Shown: piece by piece, positions 1 through 6,540 of the stretch
Layout of the letters: the number at the start of each line of letters is the position of its first letter
Numbering within the stretch: position 1 is the first letter of the stretch
IMG/VR virus record: IMGVR_UViG_3300020045_010930
Span: 1 to 41,647 of that record
Length of the DNA stretch: 41,647 nucleotides
Direction: 5' to 3' (one strand)
DNA from: a virus
Lineage: Duplodnaviria > Caudoviricetes
Translations under genes and position numbers: made by a program
Notes under the pieces: model-generated
Told to the model about the DNA's origin: nothing
Database searches by the model: none
The model's input: only the letters and a program-made list of their open reading frames with translations

Positions 1-303
1 GGAGATATAGAAATATCCAAATCTGATTACTCTATACCTGCGGACAACAGATTGAAATTTAAAACACCTACGGTTACAACCACTACATACATACCTGCTA
101 GATCAGTAGCAGGGAATTACATGGTAAACACTACTTCAGAAACAACATACACCGTGTCAACTCTACCCGCTGGAGTTTTGAACGATATGGCTATAGTTAC
201 TGACGCATTATCTCCAACATTTCTGACTCCTGTTGCAGGAGGAGGAGGAGGTGCAGTAGTTTGTACAGTTTGGCACAACGGAACAACTTGGGTTTTTAAA
301 TAA
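1..303 (+). CDS. C-terminal end of tail fibre/spike (partial, open from window start)
   Basis: Frame 1 open from base 1; Thr/Gly-rich, ends YTVSTLPAG...VTDALSPTF...VWHNGTTW; same position as 33765-36572 relative to the lysis genes. Confidence 0.6.
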   Translation, partial: GDIEISKSDYSIPADNRLKFKTPTVTTTTYIPARSVAGNYMVNTTSETTYTVSTLPAGVLNDMAIVTDALSPTFLTPVAGGGGGAVVCTVWHNGTTWVFK

Positions 304-310
304 AAGAATT

Positions 311-556
311 TTGAAACACCTAATCATATTATTCAGCACAGTAATTTTTGCTCAAAGCAATACGGTTGCTTCTGGTCACGATAATTATACGGTAGGAAGT
401 CAATTAGTCGAGCTGCAGATTCCTGTAGTAAAAAAAGACCCTGTGCTGTCTGTTCCAAAATATGAAATCCCTATCGAGCCGCCAAAGCCGATAGTTGAGA
501 AGAAGAAAAGTCTTTGGCAGAAACTAGTAATATTAATTAAAAATTTGTTCAAATGA
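311..556 (+). CDS. Small signal-peptide protein, homolog of 36572-36826
   Basis: MKHLIILFSTVIFA|QSN; shares LSVPKYEIPIEPPKPIVEKKKSLWQK with 36572-36826. Confidence 0.7.
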   Translation: MKHLIILFSTVIFAQSNTVASGHDNYTVGSQLVELQIPVVKKDPVLSVPKYEIPIEPPKPIVEKKKSLWQKLVILIKNLFK

Positions 557-819
557 ACTGGATCAAAAACAACATTTTGCCTTTATTGATTTTCGCTGTA
601 GGTTTCGTGGTAAACAACACCGAAATAGTGGTTGATTTCTTAAAAAAAATAGCTGCGCCCGATTGGACTTTTAAAGCCGTAAACACAATAGGTATGCTTT
701 GGGCTGCTTATTTACTTTTCAACTCTAAATCTGCAAAAATCAAAAAAGAGATTGAAGAGGCTTTACAGACAGAGCCTGAAAAGATTGGAGGAGGTGGCAT
801 TAAAAACCCGCCAAACTAA
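553..819 (+). CDS. Putative holin (2 TM)
   Basis: Two hydrophobic segments, charged C-tail, upstream of the endolysin. Confidence 0.5.
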   Translation: MNWIKNNILPLLIFAVGFVVNNTEIVVDFLKKIAAPDWTFKAVNTIGMLWAAYLLFNSKSAKIKKEIEEALQTEPEKIGGGGIKNPPN

Positions 820-821
820 AA

Positions 822-1157
822 ATGAAATTTTTTCTAAAAAAGACAATTTACTTACTTCCTATTTTTCTGATGGGGGTAAGTTTTTTGTCTATTTTTTTTG
901 AATTAAATTTTACTCTTTGGGGAAATATAGGAGGTTTTTCTCTAGTAACTGACGTTTTATTTTTTTATATTTTCTATTACGGAAATTATTGTGCTTTAAC
1001 AAAATCGATACCTATTGCATTGTTTTTTATAAACATATTAAACATTTATGGTTTTTACTTCCCTAAAAATTACAATCCTTGGTATGAAATTGCTGTTTTT
1101 TGTGTAATTTTGACAATAGCAATGATTTACGAACTTAATAGACGAATTTTTAAATGA
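822..1157 (+). CDS. Multi-pass membrane protein of the lysis cassette
   Basis: About four hydrophobic segments in 111 aa. Confidence 0.55.
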   Translation: MKFFLKKTIYLLPIFLMGVSFLSIFFELNFTLWGNIGGFSLVTDVLFFYIFYYGNYCALTKSIPIALFFINILNIYGFYFPKNYNPWYEIAVFCVILTIAMIYELNRRIFK

Positions 1158-1393
1158 ATCCAACACCACAAGAATTTAACTCGGTAATCTCCAACACAGA
1201 TGCCACTACTATAGGAGTTTTGTTAGCCATAGCACTAGCTTTTGGTTGGGTAATTATTTATTTATTTAAGGTAAATCAAGAGTTGCATAAAAAGTTCATT
1301 GAAGAATTAAAAGCCAGTAACGAGGCTTTGATAAAAGTAAACAATTTTCAGAATGATTTTGTGAATAATATGGTCAAACTTGAAAAAAAATAA
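1154..1393 (+). CDS. Single-TM plus coiled-coil protein (holin/antiholin candidate)
   Basis: TIGVLLAIALAFGWVIIYLF then helical charged tail. Confidence 0.5.
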   Translation: MNPTPQEFNSVISNTDATTIGVLLAIALAFGWVIIYLFKVNQELHKKFIEELKASNEALIKVNNFQNDFVNNMVKLEKK

Positions 1394-1478
1394 ACTATGT
1401 GTTTGCCAAAATCAGATATTGAACTAATTAAACAGCACAGGAAAATTATAAATTCGTTGCTAAAAACATTGATAAAAA

Positions 1479-2018
1479 ATGATAACTCAAAAAGACTTCG
1501 AAAACCTATCTACTGAATTCGGTATCGAAATACCAATGGTAAAAGCTTTGGATTTGGTCGAAAGTAATAGCCAAGGGTTTGATACGAAAACTGGTAAAAT
1601 AAAAATACAGTTTGAGCCACATTGGTTTAAGAAATTATCGAAGTCGATTTCAGGACTTTGGTCTGTAAATAAAGTTGATGTTCAGTCAAAAGAATGGGAA
1701 GCGTTTAATGATGCTTTTGACAAAAACCCAACGGTAGCAATGATGTCAACTTCTATCGGAAGAATGCAGGTTATGGGGTTTCATTATGCTAGACTAGGTT
1801 TTAAAACCGTTGGAGAAATGTGGGATTTTGCAAAAAAATCTGAACGTAATCAATTGTGGTTAGGTTTGAAGTTTATGACAACAGACCCCGCTCTTTACAA
1901 GGATATTCGAAACAAGTATTTCAAAGGAATAGCATACAGGTACAATGGCGTGAATTATTGGATTAAAGGCTATCACATTAAAATCGAAAAGGCTTATAAT
2001 TTATTCAAAAAACAATGA
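1479..2018 (+). CDS. Endolysin, N-acetylmuramidase (DUF3380-like)
   Basis: VES..GF, IQFEPHWF, STSIGRMQVMGFHY..LGF, AYRYNG.NY motifs. Confidence 0.85.
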   Translation: MITQKDFENLSTEFGIEIPMVKALDLVESNSQGFDTKTGKIKIQFEPHWFKKLSKSISGLWSVNKVDVQSKEWEAFNDAFDKNPTVAMMSTSIGRMQVMGFHYARLGFKTVGEMWDFAKKSERNQLWLGLKFMTTDPALYKDIRNKYFKGIAYRYNGVNYWIKGYHIKIEKAYNLFKKQ

Positions 2019-2467
2019 AAACTTTCATAAAAGAAAATTGGCAATTCCTGATAAGTGTATCATTGGCTTTTATCGTATGCCTTTTGCTTTGCAGTTGCGG
2101 TACTCGATCGACCAGCAAAGAATATCACGAAATAACTTCGAAGAACACATTCAATGATAGCTCTTTCATTTTAACTCAAAATGTTCGCTTAAACGATATA
2201 GGCGAACTTTTTCCGATTGATAACACGAAGCCTTTTTTTGTTGACGGAAAGCGGTACTTTAATGTTTCTATAAAATTCGATAAATCTAAATTCGAAGATT
2301 TAAAATTAGAACAGAAAAATATAGGCACAGTTACTGGTTCATCTGAAATTAAAAGCAATCAAGCCACAGACCGTACAGATAATACGATGCTATGGCTTGG
2401 GATGTTTTTGATAATGATGATTTCAATTATCGCTTATTTGGTATTGAAAAAATGGGGATTTGTTTGA
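2015..2467 (+). CDS. Lipoprotein with C-terminal TM, candidate unimolecular spanin
   Basis: Lipobox-like LLLCSC, C-terminal MLWLGMFLIMMISIIAYLVL, follows the endolysin. Confidence 0.65.
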   Translation: MKTFIKENWQFLISVSLAFIVCLLLCSCGTRSTSKEYHEITSKNTFNDSSFILTQNVRLNDIGELFPIDNTKPFFVDGKRYFNVSIKFDKSKFEDLKLEQKNIGTVTGSSEIKSNQATDRTDNTMLWLGMFLIMMISIIAYLVLKKWGFV

Positions 2468-2515
2468 GTAAATATAGAGAGAAGTTTCGAGTTGTAGGTA
2501 AGTTTAGAGCAACTT

Positions 2516-2536
2516 GCCTGCCGAAGTTACGCAGGC
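2516..2536. terminator. Hairpin between convergent transcription units
   Basis: GCCTGC-N9-GCAGGC. Confidence 0.4.
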
Positions 2537-2820
2537 TATTTTATTACCTTTAAACTATCTAATTTTATAGATTCTATTTTATCTTCCATAGAAAAATTAA
2601 AACCTGACGGCTTGTAATTATTTATGTTTTTAAGAAAAATATTTACGCTGTCTTTTGAATAAAAAACACGTTCTTTCTTTTCTTTAACCGTTTGTGCGTG
2701 ATAAACAGCACAAGAAATCATTGATCTGTTTTGTGTTCCAAATTCAGATATTCTATTTGCATCTGGGCAAGGAGCTGATTGTATAGAAACAACAATCCAA
2801 CTGATAATATATTTATACAT
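2536..2820 (-). CDS. Hypothetical cassette protein
   Basis: Start MYKYIISW at 2820 in AT-rich context; the track's extension reads through the repeat element. Confidence 0.6.
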   Translation of the reverse strand: MYKYIISWIVVSIQSAPCPDANRISEFGTQNRSMISCAVYHAQTVKEKKERVFYSKDSVNIFLKNINNYKPSGFNFSMEDKIESIKLDSLKVIK

Positions 2821-2835
2821 AATTCGTGATTTAAA

Positions 2836-2936
2836 AAACCCACCTACAGCAATATATTGTAGCAAGTAAGGCTTTGGTTATTATTGTGATCTTTAAATTG
2901 CCATTTTACGGTAAAATTTACTTGCACAATCATATT
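2836..2936. repeat. Degenerate attC-like element 1
   Basis: ACCTACAGC core, then arms AATATATTGTAGCAAGTAA (2851-2869) / TTACTTGCACAATCATATT (2918-2936) pairing with two single-base bulges; no GTT core on the right. Confidence 0.5.
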
Positions 2937-3010
2937 TTAAAATATTGATTAATAGTTATTTAAGATATGGCGTTATAGCGGTTAGCATGTAGTTAGTATC
3001 AAGACTATGT

Positions 3011-3091
3011 TTACTTTTCAAAGTAATCTTTCCTTATTTTTATAATGCAAATTATTAGCAAAAAGATATAGAATAAACCTACAACATTCAT
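3011..3091 (-). CDS. 26-aa hydrophobic peptide in a mini-cassette
   Basis: MNVVGLFYIFLLIICIIKIRKDYFEK*, preceded by AAAATAAAATT; not in the ORF track. Confidence 0.45.
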   Translation of the reverse strand: MNVVGLFYIFLLIICIIKIRKDYFEK

Positions 3092-3135
3092 AATTTTATT
3101 TTTTATAATTAACATTTGTTTTTTTAATCCGTACA

Positions 3136-3222
3136 GCTACTAACAGCAGTCTTGAACTACCGCCAAAATCTCGTAACCGCATAGGTGGCAGTACAAGGCT
3201 ACAAAACGTTAGTGACAACCGC
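3136..3222. repeat. attC-like element 2
   Basis: GCTACTAAC, arms 3146-3164 / 3184-3202 (14/19 Watson-Crick), AAAAC, GTTAGTG at 3208. Confidence 0.7.
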
Positions 3223-3568
3223 CCACAATCATCGTAAAATGTTCACGACAAACATAAGCTGTTAAGTTATGGCGCATTCTGTCGGGGTCGTCCGATGGAA
3301 TTTCTTCTCCTAATTTATTGGTTGCATCTTTTCCGCAAACTGAACAAATCTCTCCTTTACAACTTCCAGAAATAAAATAAGGTGCAAATAATTCTAATGC
3401 TTTTGGTCTTTTGAAAGTATCAAATCCAATAGTTTTTATTTGTACATTTTGAGGGAAATAAGTATAATAACTTCTTTGAGGTATCCATCCATATTCGTCC
3501 ATAAGTCCGTTGGCTATGTCAAAATAATTTCCAAAAACTTCTTGTAATATTTCTTTAGGTGGTAACAT
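3209..3568 (-). CDS. Hypothetical cassette protein with C-terminal CxxC...CxxH
   Basis: Start MLPPKE at 3568; stop TAA lies inside the GTTAG core of element 2. Confidence 0.6.
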   Translation of the reverse strand: MLPPKEILQEVFGNYFDIANGLMDEYGWIPQRSYYTYFPQNVQIKTIGFDTFKRPKALELFAPYFISGSCKGEICSVCGKDATNKLGEEIPSDDPDRMRHNLTAYVCREHFTMIVGGCH

Positions 3569-3600
3569 ATAAATAGTTTTTAAATTAATAATAAGTGGTA

Positions 3601-3702
3601 TGCTGATAACATATGATAAGAGCAATTTGCAGACGTTTAGTCCTTCGATTCAGCTTTTGTAGTAGCAAACTGCTCCTATCATCAGCCGTTAGCAGATATA
3701 GC
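3601..3702. repeat. attC-like element 3
   Basis: GATAAC, arms ATGATAAGAGCAATTTGC (3613-3630) / GCAAACTGCTCCTATCAT (3665-3682) 16/18, CAGCC, GTTAGCAG at 3688. Confidence 0.75.
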
Positions 3703-3715
3703 TACAAAATCGTTC

Positions 3716-4240
3716 CTAAACGAAATTAATATCCGCTTCGACTTCTTCATAGATATATTCTAATTCCAATTGGCTTAATAAATCATCCATTTTCATTTTT
3801 GAATTACCGCCAGTCACATAATTATCGTAATTGTTTTGTCTATGAAACTCAAATAATTTACTCTTATTTACATCCAAAACAGCCTGTGCTTTTCTTTCTA
3901 AAAAAGAACCTTTCTCGTAAAAACTGCTATCTAAAATAATATCTTTCAAAACTTCAATAGTTCTTGAAGTAGGTTTAAAACTGCTATCAAAAGAAACATC
4001 GTTTATTACAGTTCCGTTGTCTATTCCATTTTCCATTACAATATACATTTCTCCTTGCATTAATTCGGAAGTGACTGTAAAGTAATGTGTATATTGCAAT
4101 TGATTGTGTTTTTCTATTGATTCATCAATATAACAGTGAAATTTTTTGTTTACTTTATCCCATTTAGAATCTCCTTTTTCTACAATTTCATTTAGTAAAT
4201 CTTCGTAGTATTTTGATTCTTGAAATTTTTCTATATTCAT
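3716..4240 (-). CDS. Hypothetical acidic cassette protein
   Basis: Start MNIEKF at 4240; flanked by 15-bp inverted cassette ends. Confidence 0.7.
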   Translation of the reverse strand: MNIEKFQESKYYEDLLNEIVEKGDSKWDKVNKKFHCYIDESIEKHNQLQYTHYFTVTSELMQGEMYIVMENGIDNGTVINDVSFDSSFKPTSRTIEVLKDIILDSSFYEKGSFLERKAQAVLDVNKSKLFEFHRQNNYDNYVTGGNSKMKMDDLLSQLELEYIYEEVEADINFV

Positions 4241-4261
4241 CACGTTTAGTTTTAAAAACCC

Positions 4262-4409
4262 GCTACATCTGCTAACAGCTAGTAAGCAATAGTCGTGCAA
4301 TAGGCTTGATTTATAAATTTGTTTGTATTTGTTGTGTTTTTGCTAGACCGAAAGTTTAGGTATATTTAGCACGACCATCGCCTACTAGCGGAACGTTAGT
4401 GACAACCGC
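4262..4409. repeat. attC-like element 4
   Basis: ATCTGCTAAC, arms 4278-4298 / 4369-4389 18/21, GGAAC, GTTAGTG at 4395; 4392-4409 identical to 3205-3222. Confidence 0.75.
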
Positions 4410-4438
4410 TAGTGTAAAAATAAATATTAGCCACATAA

Positions 4439-4708
4439 TTACTCGGTTATTTTCGTTAGTAGTTGCCTGATTTCTAAATCTGTATCGCTTACAAAAACAT
4501 TATTGAATGCTATTTTTTTCAACATTTCAAACATTTCTGGAGCTGCTACGATTAGTTTTGCGTTGGCTTGCATTTCTGTTTTTGTCACGCTTGAAAGATC
4601 ATATCCCCATATATCGCATATCGCTTTACTATAAGATACATTTACACAACATCTTGTTTCTCTAATTTCTAATTCCCACTTCCCTTTCGTTCCTTTAAAA
4701 TCTTTCAT
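4439..4708 (-). CDS. Hypothetical phage protein (FKGTKGKW...ANAKLIVAAPEM type)
   Basis: Motif common in small phage early proteins. Confidence 0.7.
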   Translation of the reverse strand: MKDFKGTKGKWELEIRETRCCVNVSYSKAICDIWGYDLSSVTKTEMQANAKLIVAAPEMFEMLKKIAFNNVFVSDTDLEIRQLLTKITE

Positions 4709-4709
4709 A

Positions 4710-4874
4710 TCAATTATTCTTAACAATTAACGGTTCAACAACTTCAATATCATTGACATCTTGCATTGCGACTATATGAAATGCACTAATCATTCTATTG
4801 TTGTCGTGCAAAAACTGATTATTCATTGCTTTCATCCAAAGATAAAATCGTTCTACGTTTGAGATTTGTTTCAT
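4710..4874 (-). CDS. Hypothetical protein, homolog of 39707-39871
   Basis: MKQISNVERFYLWMK...; 54 aa, not in the track, conserved in the second copy. Confidence 0.7.
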   Translation of the reverse strand: MKQISNVERFYLWMKAMNNQFLHDNNRMISAFHIVAMQDVNDIEVVEPLIVKNN

Positions 4875-5083
4875 TTTGATTTAAGGTATTCGTGAGTAGT
4901 TATTTTTGAAACTAAAGTAAGCCTAGATTTTAAAGAAACTAGACGGTGCTTGAATTCTCCGACAACTGCCGAATTATTCAATACCCAAGACACTTTGTCT
5001 TGTTCTTTTTTGAATTCTTTTAATCTTTTGATATTGTCTTGCAACAAAATCAGCTCCATTTCAAGCAGTTCTAATTCTTTCAT
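4871..5083 (-). CDS. Hypothetical coiled-coil protein
   Basis: ORF track; 4-bp overlap with the next gene. Confidence 0.6.
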   Translation of the reverse strand: MKELELLEMELILLQDNIKRLKEFKKEQDKVSWVLNNSAVVGEFKHRLVSLKSRLTLVSKITTHEYLKSK

Positions 5084-5085
5084 AA

Positions 5086-5271
5086 TTAATCGTTTTTGAA
5101 TGTTTCGTTGTAGTATGTTTCAGAGCTTGAATACACAGGATATATAACATTTCCTTCGTCCCAAGCATCAATAATCTGCTGTTTTTCTTTTTCGAGATAT
5201 TCTTCCATTCCAAAAAGCTCTAACCCGTCTTTCTTTAAAACCTCTATCAATTCTTGCATTGCTGTTTTCAT
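5086..5271 (-). CDS. Hypothetical phage protein (KTAMQEL...EKEKQQIIDAW type)
   Basis: ORF track; N-terminus shared with 39868-40062. Confidence 0.7.
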   Translation of the reverse strand: MKTAMQELIEVLKKDGLELFGMEEYLEKEKQQIIDAWDEGNVIYPVYSSSETYYNETFKND

Positions 5272-5465
5272 AACGTTTCTTTATAGATTTCTAAAAGTTG
5301 TTTTGTGGTTTTTCCATTGACTTCTCGAAGAGTTCTTTCTCCGTACCAATTCAAAAAACCAATAGCGAAGTTTTCTGCTATTTCTGCACATTTTTTAGAA
5401 GCATCAGGATCGTCTACAAACTCTGAAAACTGCATTTCGTTAAAATATTGCTGTTCTAATTTCAT
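5268..5465 (-). CDS. Hypothetical protein, homolog of 40059-40244
   Basis: AENFAIGF...LLEIYKETL in both copies. Confidence 0.7.
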   Translation of the reverse strand: MKLEQQYFNEMQFSEFVDDPDASKKCAEIAENFAIGFLNWYGERTLREVNGKTTKQLLEIYKETL

Positions 5466-5650
5466 TTCGATTGAGTTTTAAATTGTTTTAAATAATTATC
5501 GATTTCGCTTTGCTGAATACGTTTTGTAAATCCAAAAACAACCGTTTTTATTTGCTTTTTGTCAATCAACTTGTATAATGTAGGTCTGCTAATACCTATC
5601 ATTTCGGCAGCCTTTTGCAAAGATACGCCCCTGTCTATTTCTTTTTCCAT
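5462..5650 (-). CDS. Excisionase-like HTH DNA-binding protein (HTH_17 type)
   Basis: SLQKAAEMIGISRPTLYKLI...IKTV..G..KRI...EI. Confidence 0.8.
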   Translation of the reverse strand: MEKEIDRGVSLQKAAEMIGISRPTLYKLIDKKQIKTVVFGFTKRIQQSEIDNYLKQFKTQSK

Positions 5651-5673
5651 TTGATTTGGTTTTAAATTCTTTA

Positions 5674-5704
5674 CAAAGATATACAACTTTTTTACATTTA
5701 CAAA
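5674..5704 (-). promoter_or_regulatory. Leftward Bacteroidota-type promoter
   Basis: TTTG-N19-TATCTTTG on the minus strand. Confidence 0.75.
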
Positions 5705-5715
5705 TTTTTACACTT

Positions 5716-5734
5716 ATTTAAAATTAATATAAAT
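5716..5734. promoter_or_regulatory. Palindromic ATTTA-N9-TAAAT box
   Basis: 34 nt from each divergent -7 element. Confidence 0.55.
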
Positions 5735-5745
5735 AGTTTACAAAA

Positions 5746-5776
5746 TTTGCATATCCAAAAAACATCATTATCTTTG
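5746..5776 (+). promoter_or_regulatory. Rightward Bacteroidota-type promoter
   Basis: TTTG-N19-TATCTTTG; -7 region conserved at 40562. Confidence 0.75.
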
Positions 5777-5800
5777 TCGAAACAAAAAATAATAGAAATT

Positions 5801-6052
5801 ATGATGCTAGGCAATTTATCTGTTAAACAGATTGAAGAAAGGTTAGGAATTGAGTTTCCTGAAAATATCAGAGAGTTTATGAAAAATACTCATAATCCAA
5901 ACGCAAGTAATATTTCAATAGGTAAATGGCATTGTTTCGATTTGCCATTTCATATCGTTTGCGGAGATTTGGAAACAGCTACTAAAATTTACGAATCAGT
6001 AAAAGATAGGTCAAAAGAATGTAAAGAAGCTTTACGATTTTCAATAAAATAA
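5801..6052 (+). CDS. Hypothetical protein, N-terminus SMI1/KNR4-like
   Basis: QIEERLGIEFPENIREFM; ATG at 5801 downstream of the promoter. Confidence 0.55.
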   Translation: MMLGNLSVKQIEERLGIEFPENIREFMKNTHNPNASNISIGKWHCFDLPFHIVCGDLETATKIYESVKDRSKECKEALRFSIK

Positions 6053-6060
6053 TAGAAATT

Positions 6061-6294
6061 ATGGAAGAAAATAGAAAACCGAGTAATCCTGACTTATATA
6101 AAGGCGCTGTTGGTATGATTGAAGACAGAGTTACGTTAAGAGATTATTTCGCAAATAATGCGATGCAGTCTGTAATTAGAAAGTATAATGGTACCAAATC
6201 GGACAGCTATAATCTTGATTCAGAAGACGCGGAAGCTATTGCAGATTATAGCTACGAAATCGCCGATGCAATGCTAAAACAACGTGAATTATGA
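6061..6294 (+). CDS. Conserved phage protein (TLRDYFA...Y.IADAML type)
   Basis: Recognisable widespread phage motif. Confidence 0.75.
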   Translation: MEENRKPSNPDLYKGAVGMIEDRVTLRDYFANNAMQSVIRKYNGTKSDSYNLDSEDAEAIADYSYEIADAMLKQREL

Positions 6295-6533
6295 GCCTAG
6301 ACACCCACGACTACCACAACCCAGATGCTCCTTGGAATCAAATAGAAGTTGAAGCAGAAATTGAAACAGGTTATAAAGACATGACAGAAGCATACGAAAG
6401 CGGAGACGAAGATGTTTTTAAAGAAAAACAAAATGAGTGCCTAGATATGGCGCAAGAAATTTACGATGTTCTAAAATCGCTTGACAGTGGTTTGGTTCGT
6501 AAAATGCAAAAATTAATAGATAACTTAAAATAA
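6291..6533 (+). CDS. Hypothetical acidic protein, homolog of 40594-40830
   Basis: YHNPDAPWNQIEVEAEIETGYK in both copies. Confidence 0.75.
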   Translation: MSLDTHDYHNPDAPWNQIEVEAEIETGYKDMTEAYESGDEDVFKEKQNECLDMAQEIYDVLKSLDSGLVRKMQKLIDNLK

Positions 6534-6540
6534 AATAATT

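Larger units (their letters stand above)
2491..4409. mobile_element. Array of gene cassettes separated by attC-like palindromic elements
   Basis: AAC-[imperfect inverted repeat]-GTT elements between single ORFs; cassette ends mutually complementary. Confidence 0.7.

Noticed and set aside
3077-3085. Perfect ACCTACAAC complement of the 2491 core
   Set aside because: No inverted-repeat arm follows and it lies within the small ORF; probably chance
2821-4300. N-terminal extensions of ORFs 2536-2865, 3209-3625, 3716-4300
   Set aside because: They read through the repeat elements; downstream ATGs have better AT-rich contexts
2836-4409. CRISPR array
   Set aside because: Repeats are not identical, spacing is gene-sized and irregular, and no cas genes are present
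5462-5650. Integration module implied by the excisionase-like gene
   Set aside because: No integrase or att site in the genome-length unit; more likely a transcription regulator
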